Positions 48,447-58,676 of a stretch of DNA of 64,000 nucleotides are shown piece after piece (the stretch's first letter is position 1; each line of letters opens with the position of its first letter). The DNA lies in the NCBI GenBank assembly GCA_963728915.1, contig CAVSLV010000001.1, forward strand, positions 512,001 to 576,000, given 5' to 3'. The position numbers were made by a program, and so were the translations under genes. The notes beneath the pieces are model-generated. The model was not told where the DNA came from and ran no database searches. It was given only the letters and a program-made list of their open reading frames with translations. This DNA comes from an uncultured Gemmatimonadales bacterium. Its GTDB lineage: Bacteria > Gemmatimonadota > Gemmatimonadetes > Gemmatimonadales > GWC2-71-9.

Positions 48447-48922
48447 TTCTGTTGACCCGTCCTTTGCCGGATGGCGCCGAGGTGGTAAGCGGAATGGGCG
48501 ATGCCCCCGAAGGCGATGCCCAGAGAGTCTTCGTCCCATCGCTGGCAGCGTCCCACGGCGACCAGCAACCCGTCGTAGGCTCGCCGCAGGTCGGCCTTCA
48601 GCGCGGTCCACTCCCGATCGTCCACCGCCGGGGCGGACCATCCCTGCTTCCGGTCCAGCGCGACCTCCTCGCCATGGAGGAGGCGGGTGGTGGAGCGAAT
48701 ACTGGAGGCCAGGTGCTGCACGTGACCGGCGACGGTCGACCCGCTCGGTCCGCCTTTGGTCGAGGCGTCGGCCGCCGTCATGCCACCGATGGTCGAGAAC
48801 AGACCGGTGCCCGGGTTCGTGTCGGTGAAGTAGGTCCAGGGGCCCGGCGCGCCCTCGAAGGCTTCCTTGAACATGCGGATGACCAGTTCCATCATCACGG
48901 GAGCCGGGGGGGTCTCGTTCAT
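48443..48922 (-). CDS. DinB-family protein
   Basis: TVAGHVQH and HSAYHLGAIRQ; ATGA overlap with the M16 gene; start uncertain. Confidence 0.85.
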   Translation of the reverse strand: MNETPPAPVMMELVIRMFKEAFEGAPGPWTYFTDTNPGTGLFSTIGGMTAADASTKGGPSGSTVAGHVQHLASSIRSTTRLLHGEEVALDRKQGWSAPAVDDREWTALKADLRRAYDGLLVAVGRCQRWDEDSLGIAFGGIAHSAYHLGAIRQRTGQQK

Positions 48923-49008
48923 GAAGAGTCTCGCAGTTGCGCCCGCCATGAACTTAGCAGCACGTTGCTGGTTGTGTTCCCGACCGACCCCGATAGCTTT
49001 AGGCATCC

Positions 49009-50406
49009 ATGGCTCCCATACCAGAACGCCTCGCTGCCGCGCTGAGCGGTAGCTACCGCATCGAGCGTGAGGTCGGAGTCGGTGGGATGGCCACGGTCTA
49101 CCTGGCGCACGACCTCAAACACGACCGGCAGGTCGCTCTCAAGATTCTCCGACCCGAGCTCTCCGCCGCGATGGGGACCGACCGGTTCCCGCGCGAAATC
49201 CACATCATTGCCCAGATGCAGCACCCCCACATCCTGCCGCTCTACGACTCGGGTGCGGTGGATGGCTTCCTCTACTACGTCATGCCGTTCGTGGAGGGCG
49301 AGTCCCTTCATGCCCGGCTTGCCCGGGTCGGGCCGCTGCCGATCAACGAAACGGTCCGGCTGCTCCAGGAGATCACCGACGCGCTCTCGTACGCGCATGC
49401 CCGGGGCATCGTCCACCGCGATATCAAGCCCGACAATGTGATGCTGTCGGGGCGCCACGCGGTTGTCACGGACTTCGGAGTCGCGAAGGCGGTGAGCGCT
49501 TCGGCCGGTGACAAGCTCACCACGGTGGGCATCGCGGTGGGGACCCCGCAATACATGGCGCCCGAACAGGCGACGGCTGAAACCACGATCGATCACCGGG
49601 CCGATCTCTATGCCCTGGCCATCATGGCGTACGAGATGCTGACCGGGCATCCGCCGTTCGAGGCCACCACGGCGCAGCAGATTCTCTCGGCCCACGTCCT
49701 GGAGCAGCCCAAGGACGTGCGCGAATGGCGCCCCGACGTGCCACCGGTCCTGGCCGAGGCGCTGCTCAAGTGCCTGGCGAAGAATCCCGCGGATCGCTGG
49801 CAGAACGCCGACGAGCTGCTCGCCCAGCTCGAGCTGGTCGCGTCGACGCCGAGCGGCGGCGTCACGCCGACCAGGACCAAGCCGTTCCGGGCGGTGGGCG
49901 CGGGAGTCGCGAAGAAGGCCGGCCGGCGCACCCTGGTCGGAATCGTGGCCGGGGCGGTGCTGATTCTCGGCGGCGGCGGGGCCGCCCTCCTCCTCAAGGG
50001 CGGGTCGCACGGGATTCAGCGGATCGCGGTCATGCCGATCGAAGACATCTCGGGCAAGGATCCCACCTTCGTCGACGCGATGCAGGACGCCTTGACCACC
50101 GCGCTCAACAAGCTCGGCAAGGTTGGGGTGGCGCCGCGCTCCGCCGTGATGCCATACAAGACGAATCCCAAACCGACGCGAGAAGTCGCAAAGGATTTGA
50201 GCCTGGATGCGGTTCTGGAAGCGACGGTGTTCCGCTCCGGAGATGTGATGCGCATCAACATGCAGTTCAGCGATCCGGCCACCACTCGAAGCCTCTGGTC
50301 GGAGACCTACGAGCGGGATGTGAAAGACGTGCTGGCGGCCCAGAATGAAATCGTGAACCTCACCGCGCAGGCGGTGGCCAAAGTCCTTGAAGGAGCGAAG
50401 AAATGA
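49009..50406 (+). CDS. Ser/Thr protein kinase - TM - TolB_N-like domain (no TPRs)
   Basis: GVGGMATVY, VALK, HRDIKPDN, DFG, YMAPE; TM; RIAVMP...VLEATV...LWSETYER. Confidence 0.94.
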   Translation: MAPIPERLAAALSGSYRIEREVGVGGMATVYLAHDLKHDRQVALKILRPELSAAMGTDRFPREIHIIAQMQHPHILPLYDSGAVDGFLYYVMPFVEGESLHARLARVGPLPINETVRLLQEITDALSYAHARGIVHRDIKPDNVMLSGRHAVVTDFGVAKAVSASAGDKLTTVGIAVGTPQYMAPEQATAETTIDHRADLYALAIMAYEMLTGHPPFEATTAQQILSAHVLEQPKDVREWRPDVPPVLAEALLKCLAKNPADRWQNADELLAQLELVASTPSGGVTPTRTKPFRAVGAGVAKKAGRRTLVGIVAGAVLILGGGGAALLLKGGSHGIQRIAVMPIEDISGKDPTFVDAMQDALTTALNKLGKVGVAPRSAVMPYKTNPKPTREVAKDLSLDAVLEATVFRSGDVMRINMQFSDPATTRSLWSETYERDVKDVLAAQNEIVNLTAQAVAKVLEGAKK

Positions 50407-52360
50407 CCTGGCATCGGTTGGGTGTGGTGGCCCTGCTCCTCGGGATTGCCGGGTGCGGAGGGGGCAGCGAGGAGAAGGCCGGCGGCCTGCCCACCGCGAC
50501 AGTTCTGAGTCCTGAGAATACCAATCACCAGGGCGCCCGGTTTTCTCCCGACGGAAGCCGGGTAGCCTTCTGGACGCCAGGAGACAGTGGCTGGAACCTG
50601 GTGGTGGCGCACGCCGACCTTTCCAGCCAGCGGGTCGTGAGCGGACAGAATGTGCAGCAATGGGGAATCGTATGGTCCCCCGACAGCCGGCAGCTTGCCT
50701 TCGGCGCGAGCGGCGGAACCAGCACCGACATCATGGTCGTCGGGGCCGACACCGGGAGCGCCCGGCACCTGACCGAGGCGCCGGGAATTGAAGTGCCGGT
50801 GAGCTGGCATCCGCGGAACAATACGATGACGTATATCGCGACCGGCGCAGGCGGTTCGGTTCGCGGCTATTTCCTGGACCTCGCCACCGGAAAATCCACG
50901 GCGATTCCCGGCGATCCCTCCAACAACATCGCGGCCTGGTCGCCCGACGGCAGCAAGCTCGTGATGGCCCACTTCACCGGAGTCGCCTCGGCGTGGGTGG
51001 CCGACAGTGCTGGTGGGGAGCAGCGCAAGCTCACGCCCGAAGGTCTCGAGACCGACTTCAACTGGTCTCCCGACGGAACCGCGATCGCGTATGTCTCGAG
51101 GCGGACCGGCACCGGGGACATCTGGGTTGCCCCATTGAATGGAGGGCCGCCGCGTCAGCTCACCCGCGACATCCGGAACGACATCGCTCCGCGCTGGTCG
51201 CCGGATGGCAAATGGATCGCCTTCGTCTCCCAGCGGGGCCGCCAGACCGATATCTGGGTGGTGCCGTCGGCCGGCGGGACGGAGGTGCGGGTGACCGACG
51301 ACCCGGCCGAGGAAGCCAATATTCAGTGGGTCGGGAAGAGCAATGTGCTCGCCTACCATACTGGCATCGCGGGTCAGTCCATCTGGACCATCTCGATCGA
51401 CGACGGCAAGGAGCATCGGCTCACCCCCGATTCGCTGCGGGTGGTCAACCCGTTTCCATCGCCCGACGGGAAGGAGGTCGTGTTCCAGGTCGCCAGGGCG
51501 GTGGGGTGAGCGATATCCAGGTGATGCCGATGACCGGTGGGACTGCGAGGACGCTGGTCGGACGGAGCTTCAATAACCAGAATCCCAACTGGTCTCCGGA
51601 CGGGAAGTTCATCGTCTATCAGTCGAATCGCGCGGGGAACGTGGACCTCTGGGTGATTCCGGCGGCAGGGGGCGAGGCGCGCCAGCTCACGACGTTTCCC
51701 ACCGACGAAAGCCTCGGGGAGTGGTCGGCCGACAGCAAGTTCGTGTACTTCACGTCGAACTACGATGCGGCGCCGTTTGCCGATGTCTGGAAGGTGCCGG
51801 TCGAGGGCGGCGGCGCGGTCCGGGTCACCAAGACCGGCAGCGTCAACTCGCTCGCGGTGAGCCTGGTGAGTCCCGATATCTTCGTGATTTCGGTCAGTGG
51901 GAAGGGAGGGCAATCGGTGCTGGGACGAGTCCGGCCGAACGGAGGTATCGAGACCCTCTGGGACAAGAGCGAGGTTCCCGCGGGCCTCTCGTGGCTCGGG
52001 CTGACCCCGAAAGGCGACACCTTTGCGATCAACGCCCGATTGCCCGGTGGAGGGATCGGAAGCTACCTGGTCTCCACCAGGACGGGCGGGTCGCGCCAGA
52101 TCCTCGGCAAAGGTGAACAGATCGGAGACTATTCCTTCGACGGACGATGGCTGGCCTACTGGATCGGCACCGCGACGGTGGATATCGGACTGATCGACAT
52201 GAAGGACGGCTCGACCCGGCGGCTCACCACCTCGCCCGAGAGTGAAGTGTCCTACTGGTGGACCGCGGACAACAAGACGATCCTGTTCGCTCGGCAGTCG
52301 CTGAACCGGCGGATCGCAACGGTGGACCTGACCGAGCTGCTGGCCAGGAGCACGCACTAG
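50403..52360 (+). CDS. TolB-like PD40 beta-propeller lipoprotein (frameshift near 51498)
   Basis: IAGC lipobox; many (W/F)SPDG repeats across ORFs 50403..51509 and 50993..52360; restoring one G in AGGGC gives VARGGGVSDIQ. Confidence 0.88.
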
Positions 52361-52391
52361 CTCGGATCCTGCCCGCTTTCCAGGGTGGAAG

Positions 52392-52423
52392 AAACCTTCA
52401 CGTTCGGGTTCGATGTGAAGTTT
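52392..52423 (+). terminator. Possible terminator after the TolB-like gene
   Basis: CTTCAC...GTGAAG stem with inner TCG/CGA pairs, followed by TTT. Confidence 0.35.
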
Positions 52424-52591
52424 GGAACCGGCCGTGCGGGTTACCGGAAAAGAGCTACATTCTCGCTCGCACACCTTGGTGAACTCGGCGTCCGCCGATG
52501 CTTCACTCCATTCCAGGGATCGTCGGGACTTGCGCGGGCCTCCCCGGAGCCCGTCCCGTCCTATCGCCCTTACCTCGCAGTGGGAGGTTTC

Positions 52592-53440
52592 ATGCGCCAC
52601 CTCGTACGTCTGGCCATCGTTTCCCTTGGAACGATGGTCCCCGCAGTGCTTTCTGCTCAGGGCACCCCGCCCGCCATGCCGGCCTTCAACGTCCTCACGG
52701 TCTATCGCGAGACGGTCAAACCCGGGAAGGGAGCAGGCCATGATGCCATGGAAGAGGCCTGGTCCCGAGCCATGGCGGCCACCAAAGATCCGACCCCGTA
52801 CCTGGCCATCACGGCGATGAGCGGCCCGGCCGAGAACTGGTACCTCAGCGCGTACCCCACCTGGGCAGAGTATGAGAAGGCCAACAAAGCGGGCCAGGCC
52901 CCGGCCCCCACCGCGATCAGCAAGCAGTACTCCTCGCAGGAAGGCGAATACCTGAGCGATGGTCGCGGCATGGTGCTCCGGTACCGGGAAGACCTGAGCT
53001 ATGGCGGTCCCGCGGATCTGCCGGCGAGCCGGTATTTTTCGATCAACAGGATCTCGGTTCGCCCCGGGCATGATGCCGAGTTCGTCGAGAACCGCAAAAT
53101 GATCAAGGCGGCCCACGAAAGTGCGAAGCTCGCGGACAAGTTCTCGGTGTGGCAAGCCGCTGCCGGCGCCCCGACGGGGACCTATTTCGTTTTTATCGCC
53201 ATGAAGTCGTTGGGGGAGATCGATGAAGGGGCCGCGGTCCACGGCGCCGCCTACCAGGCGGCCCTGGGAGGTCCCGACGCACAGAAGAAGCTGGCGGCCA
53301 ACGCGGCTTCGGCCGTCATCAGCTCCCAGACGGATCTCTTTGCGTTCGCCCCGCAGCAGAGCATCGCTCCGCCGGACTGGGTGACCGCCGATCCGGGGTA
53401 CTGGAAGCGCAAGCCGGCCATGGCAAAGAAGGCGCCGTAG
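52592..53440 (+). CDS. Secreted protein with two internal NIPSNAP-like alpha/beta repeats
   Basis: GGAGGT RBS; signal ending LSA-Q; repeats start RETVKPGK and RISVRPGH. Confidence 0.8.
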   Translation: MRHLVRLAIVSLGTMVPAVLSAQGTPPAMPAFNVLTVYRETVKPGKGAGHDAMEEAWSRAMAATKDPTPYLAITAMSGPAENWYLSAYPTWAEYEKANKAGQAPAPTAISKQYSSQEGEYLSDGRGMVLRYREDLSYGGPADLPASRYFSINRISVRPGHDAEFVENRKMIKAAHESAKLADKFSVWQAAAGAPTGTYFVFIAMKSLGEIDEGAAVHGAAYQAALGGPDAQKKLAANAASAVISSQTDLFAFAPQQSIAPPDWVTADPGYWKRKPAMAKKAP

Positions 53441-53452
53441 GAAGGAACCGGA

Positions 53453-53487
53453 GAAAACGCAGGCGGCCGCCGGGGCGGCCGCCTTTC
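53453..53487. terminator. Bidirectional terminator-like hairpin between convergent genes
   Basis: AGGCGGCCGC-CGGG-GCGGCCGCCT, with GAAAA on one side and TTTC on the other. Confidence 0.6.
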
Positions 53488-53490
53488 GTG

Positions 53491-54141
53491 CTACTGAATC
53501 ACGAAGGTATCGAAGCCGTCCCCGCTCACCGTGATCTTGAACCAGTTGCCCGCCGGCTCGAAGGTGAATTCCCCGGAGACGCCATTGAACACAAAATCAG
53601 ACGTTCCGGACACCTTGTAGCCCCCGTTGCTCACGTCTGCGGTGATGTTCACCGAGCTGACGCTGGCATCGTTACCGCGCGTATCAGTGTGGGTGGTGAA
53701 GCTGCCGTTGGTGATGCTGATGACGGAAGGACCGGTCTGGGTGATCACCGCCGACCCGGACGCCGTCTCGGGCGCTCCGCCCGTGATGCCGGTGAGGGTG
53801 AAGTTGGCACCCCCCGCGAGTCCCAGACTCTGATTGATGAAGATCAACCGTCCCTGCACCTGGGTCTCCAGGCTCCCATCGCCGTCGACGTCCACTCCGA
53901 GGCTGCCCTGCACCCCGCCGGCGATCGGGGTGAGGGTGACGCCGGTCTGGCTCTGTCCACTGGCCGCGAGCACGAGCCGCTGGATGGCGTTGGAGAATCC
54001 CGCTAGGTTGTTGCCGAATGCATCTTCGAGTTGCTGCTTGAAGTCTTCGACGTCAACATTGCCATTGTCGGTGCTGCTGGTGCAGCTTCCTCCAGTGAGC
54101 GCGAGCCCCATGCCGATGGCCGCCATCCAGTTTCGTCTCAT
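53491..54141 (-). CDS. Hypothetical lipoprotein (Gly/Thr/Ser-rich beta protein)
   Basis: GAGGGAG RBS; MRRNWMAAIGMGLALTGGSC. Confidence 0.8.
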   Translation of the reverse strand: MRRNWMAAIGMGLALTGGSCTSSTDNGNVDVEDFKQQLEDAFGNNLAGFSNAIQRLVLAASGQSQTGVTLTPIAGGVQGSLGVDVDGDGSLETQVQGRLIFINQSLGLAGGANFTLTGITGGAPETASGSAVITQTGPSVISITNGSFTTHTDTRGNDASVSSVNITADVSNGGYKVSGTSDFVFNGVSGEFTFEPAGNWFKITVSGDGFDTFVIQ

Positions 54142-54221
54142 ACTCCCTCGCCGTCCCAGGGCTTGACCGACCGTCTCGACTGCCGAAGAATCTACTGCCT
54201 CCCGGTGCGGGGGGAAGAGCG

Positions 54222-56742
54222 GTGACTCCCGGCTTGATCGATCGGTTCGCGGCCAGCCTGGTTCGGCGCCGGTGGCGCTGGGCGGCCGCCGCCACGCTTC
54301 TCCTTCTCCTCGCCCTCGCCATCGGGTCCCGTCTTTCGGTACGGTTCGAAATGGCTGACTGGTTGCCAAGGTCAGCCGATCGAAACAGCCCGCCCCTCCC
54401 TCCGGCCCTCGGAGGGGCGGATCGGGTGGTGGTGGCGGTGGATTCCAGGACGCCGCTGCTTCCCGCTGCCGACGGCCCCCTGCTCGATTCGCTTGCCGTC
54501 CGGCTGGGCCGGATCCCCGGGGTAAAACGGGTCGACTATCGGCTCGATCCGGCGCTCAGACGCTTCCTCGAGGTGGAGTCGCCCCGCCACCTCATGCTCT
54601 ACTTCAGCCCTGCCGAGCTGGACACGATCGGCTCGCACCTGAGCCGGTCCTACCTGGAGCGTGCCCTGCTTGGCACAGGGGATCCCGTTCCGCGAACCCC
54701 GCTCGCCGTCGCCCTGGGCGTCGAGCACACCGATCCCCTCGGGGTGGTGGATCCCGTGCTCCAGCGGCTCAGGCGAATGCGTGGGCTCCCTCAGATCACC
54801 GTGGTGGACGGCTACTTCGCAGTTCCAGACCAGCGGGCCTTCTTTCTGCTGGTCGAGCCGGATCAAATCCTCGGCGGAATCGCCTCGGCCAGGGAGCGGG
54901 CCCGTGCCATCCAGCAGGTGCTCGAGCAGACTCGGGAAGATCCCGAACTCCGGCCAATGCTCGAGGGCAAGCGGCTCCTTGCCCTGGGCCGGCCGGTCGC
55001 GGTCCTGGAAGGGTTCAACACCGCGTTGAGCGACGGGCGCCGAGTCGTAGTGGCCTCGAGCCTGATCGTGCTGCTCCTGCTGCTCGTGTTGCTGCGGCGC
55101 CTGGCCGCCCCGCTCTTCATCGTGGGCACCGTGCTCTACGGCATTGTCCTGACCACGGCGGTTGCGGCCCTCCTGTTCGGCTCGGTGGGAGTCGTGAGCT
55201 GGGTGTTCATTGCGGTGCTGATCGGTTTCGGAGACGAGTTCGCCCTCTACGTCCTGACCCACTACTGGATCACGGCGCCTCCGAGCGCCGATCGCGCCTC
55301 CGCTCTGGCCGCCGCGCTTCGGCGGCCCGGACCGGGCATCCTGCTTGGCGGGCTCACCACCGCGGCCGCATTTGCCTGCCTGGTGGTGATGTCGTACCCG
55401 GCGCTGGTGGAAGTCGCCTGGATCACCACCATCGGGCTGGCCATCGTGCTGGGCTGCGCCTTCACGGTGCTGCCACTCGCGCTGGCATTCACCAAGCCCG
55501 GAAGGGAGAGTGGATCGCGCTGGTATCGCTGGACCGGCGCGGCCCATCAGGTGGGCCGGAACCGTCCCGGGGTATGGCTCGCTGGCTGGGCCGCGGTCAT
55601 CGCGGTTTCGGTGGTGCTGGCGAGCAAGGTTCGTTTCGAGCTGCATCCCTGGAAGCTGGCGGTCAGAGGAATCCCGGTCACCCGCGAGTTCGAACAGCTT
55701 TCGCAGCGGCTGGGCGCCTCCTTCACCCCGTTCCAGATGGTCTCGGTGGGCAGGACGCCAGAGGAGGCTCTCTCAAGGGACCGCGCCGCCGTGGCGGCGC
55801 TGGACTCGATCGGGCCCCGGGCCGGAGTGGCCGGTGTGATCTCCCTGTCGCGATGGCTTCCGGACTCGGGCCAGCAGGCCGCGAGTGCGGCGTTCGTCCA
55901 GCAGCATGCCGATCTGTTTTCGTCGGGGCGATTCGGTCGCGACTTCCTCGCGGTCGCTTCCCGAATGCCGAAGCGGGATACCCTCCTCACCGGCTCGCTA
56001 CCTGCCCGCGGTGAGCCGCTACCTGGTCCGGCAGGAGCCCGTCACCCTGGAGACGCTCCGGTCGGCCGGGCTGGGCGATTTCGTGGACCGCCACCTGCAC
56101 CGGGTGGGAAACACCTGGTACGTGGCTTCGGAGGTCTTTCCCACCAAGATTCCCTGGATCGGCGGGGTGGTCGAGCGATTCACCGGGGCGATTGCGCAAG
56201 CCGGAAGCCCGGCGCTGGCGCAGGTCCGCTTTGCCGGTGAGGCGCTCCGCGGAGCCACCCACGCCGCCATCCTGCGGAAGGACATGCTGACCGCTACCGG
56301 GTTAGGGGTCTCGCTCATTCTCCTCCTCCTTCTCCTCCGGTTTCGCCGTCCGGTCCCGATCCTGGTCTGTCTGCTGCCGATGGTGGCCGGGATCGCGGTC
56401 GTGCTCGGGCTCATGGGACTCTTCGGCATCGAGCTGAACCTTCTCACCATGGCCATCGTCCCGCTGCTCGCCGGACTGGGGTCGGACGACGGCATTCACA
56501 TCGTGGACCGGCTCGAGCGCGGTGAATCGGTGACCGAGGCGCTGGCGGAGACCGGAACGCCCATGACCATCACCACCGTGACGACCATCGGCGGATTCGC
56601 GAGCCTCGGGGTGGCGCGGTTTCCCGGGTTAGGGCAGGCCGGTCTTCTCCTGGCGGCCGGACTCCTGGTCTGCCTCGCCGCGTCGCTGCAGCTGGTCCCC
56701 CTGGCCTATCAGATCACGGCCCGGAGGCGGAGCAAGGGATGA
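54222..56742 (+). CDS. MMPL/RND-family lipid transporter (frameshift near 55991)
   Basis: Two MMPL halves: LIGFGDEFALY with GGLTTAAAF, and LAGLGSDDGIH with TTIGGFASL; removing one G from ACCGGCT joins the ORFs. Confidence 0.88.
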
Positions 56743-56743
56743 C

Positions 56744-57497
56744 ATGAGACGGGTCTCCTGGCTGGTCATGCTCGCGGCCGTGGGGTCCGTGGCCACCGGC
56801 GGCCATCGGGCTGCCGGTGGCTCCCCGGGCAACTCTCAGGATTTCTCCCCGACGACTGGTTGGGAGCGAAGATTTCGTGCATAACGGGGGTGGCCGGATC
56901 GTGAGCGAGCCGGCCGGGATCGACTGCCGGTTCGCCGCAAACCTTCCCACCACCAGGCCGCCGAAGCTGAGCGGCGCCTGTGAGGCGCGCTTTCCCCGGG
57001 GATCCAGGGTTCGCCTCGTCGGAACCCCGGACCAGAGCTCGGCCGGGGTGGAGTGGGATGCGGGACGGGTCCCGAACATCAGGTGGTTCGAGGGGGGAAC
57101 CAGTATCGCGGGATGCCCGGAGGCGCTTCCGTGCGAGGTGGAGCTCGATCGGTCCAGGCTCGACCTGCGCGCCTCCTTCAAGCTGCGAGTGCTGACCTAC
57201 TCGGTGCAGAATGAGCCCGGCGGTCTGGGTCATGTGCAACAGGTTGAGCCCGGCGCGGGAAGGGAATCGATCTATTGCGGGAAGGCGCGGCGGGGCAGGG
57301 ATGAAGTCTGCGAGAACTCGGAATACTATGGCCAGCAGGTGCATTTCAACCTGATACCCGACCGGCCGGGCAAGGGAGTCCGGCTTCTCTCCCACTGCAC
57401 GCCAGTGGCGGACCCGCCACCCTGGACCGGGGTGGGCACCTGTTCGACCCTGATCGACGGGCCCGACATCGTGATCACGGTCCACTGGCAGGATTAG
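56744..57497 (+). CDS. Secreted Cys-containing protein with two divergent InlB B-repeat-like domains (frameshift near 56797)
   Basis: ATG 56744 signal peptide joins ORF 56817..57497 on removing one G; GGGRIVSEPAGIDC...CEARFPRGSRVRL...C...C motif. Confidence 0.65.
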
Positions 57498-57699
57498 CTC
57501 CCCGGCGACGGAACTTGGGCCTGGCTGCGGCCAAGTTCGCCAGCGCATTCTCAAATGCGGGGAAAAGGGGGGCGACGGGGCCCTGTTCGCGATCAGCGTG
57601 AAGGTCGGTCCGGCAGGGACGTCCTCCTGAACAAGGTGATCGAGCCGAGCGAAACCGGCGCCCCATCCCGGGATACCCAGATCGAGAAAGGATCAAGCC

Positions 57700-58191
57700 A
57701 TGATCAGCACCAGAATCGTGCCCTGCCTCTGGTTCGATGACCAGGCCGAACAGGCGGCGAACTACTATGTCGGCATCTTCCCGAATTCGCGGATCCAGGG
57801 AATCACCCGCTACGGCAAGGCGGGCTTCGAGGTGCATCACCGGCCCGAAGGCTCGGTGATGCTGGTGCAGTTCGAGCTCGATGGTCAGCCATTCACGGCG
57901 CTCAACGGCGGTCCGGTCTTCAAGTTCAACGAGGCGGTTTCGTTCCAGGTCCTGTGCGAGGACCAGCGGGAGATCGATCGCTACTGGGAAAAGCTGACCG
58001 CCGGGGGCGATCCCAACGCCCAGCAGTGCGGCTGGCTCAAGGACAAATTCGGCCTGTCGTGGCAGGTGGTGCCGAAACAGATGCCGGACCTGAGCAGTCC
58101 GGGTGGACAGCGCGCGATGGAGGCCTTCCTCAAGATGAAGAAGATCGATATGGCCGAACTGGAGCGAGTGGCCGGCGTCCTGGCCCGCTAG
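57700..58191 (+). CDS. VOC-family protein (PhnB / 3-dmu-9_3-mt type)
   Basis: IVPCLWFD, ALNGGP, QCGWLKDKFGLSWQVVP. Confidence 0.94.
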   Translation: MISTRIVPCLWFDDQAEQAANYYVGIFPNSRIQGITRYGKAGFEVHHRPEGSVMLVQFELDGQPFTALNGGPVFKFNEAVSFQVLCEDQREIDRYWEKLTAGGDPNAQQCGWLKDKFGLSWQVVPKQMPDLSSPGGQRAMEAFLKMKKIDMAELERVAGVLAR

Positions 58192-58667
58192 CGGGAGGAC
58201 AGAAAGGGCGAGAGGGGCTGGGGGTTGCTGACCAGGAGAATGAGGTCGAGGTTCTCGGCGCCGGGCTTAGGGTCCCAATGGACGTAGGTAGGGAGGCCGA
58301 GGACCGGATCGAGAGTGAAGGTGACCCGTTCCCAGGTATGGTCGGTTTGGGCCTGGCGAACGACCTCGAACAGATCTTCCACCGTGTGATACCGTTCGAG
58401 ACGCTGATCGGTGATGATCGCCAGCGTTCCGAGCAGGATCACCCGCTTGATGGTGTCGTTCACCACTTCGATCCGGGCCCGTCCCCGCAGGGAGGGTGGA
58501 CAATCGCAGATGTGCACCACGTCGATGCTGTAGTCCCGGTATCCCCGGGCGGCCCATTGCTGGGCGGCGACATCGAGGCGCGCCGCGTCCTCGGGAGAAA
58601 GAGGGAGCTCGGTGCACGCCGGCAGCAGAATCGCGGCCGAGAGGGCCATCGCGCGCAGCTTGTCCAT
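58188..58667 (-). CDS. Lipoprotein, DUF6174-like
   Basis: Signal ending LPAC; WAARGYRDYS, ICDC, TVEDLF, DPVLGLP. Confidence 0.75.
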   Translation of the reverse strand: MDKLRAMALSAAILLPACTELPLSPEDAARLDVAAQQWAARGYRDYSIDVVHICDCPPSLRGRARIEVVNDTIKRVILLGTLAIITDQRLERYHTVEDLFEVVRQAQTDHTWERVTFTLDPVLGLPTYVHWDPKPGAENLDLILLVSNPQPLSPFLSSR

Positions 58668-58676
58668 CCAACCTCG

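Noticed and set aside
3520..56810. Programmed frameshifting or phase variation as the cause of the split genes
   Set aside because: The runs are short (5 nt or fewer), there are no slippery heptamers, and the affected genes are unrelated; assembly error is simpler
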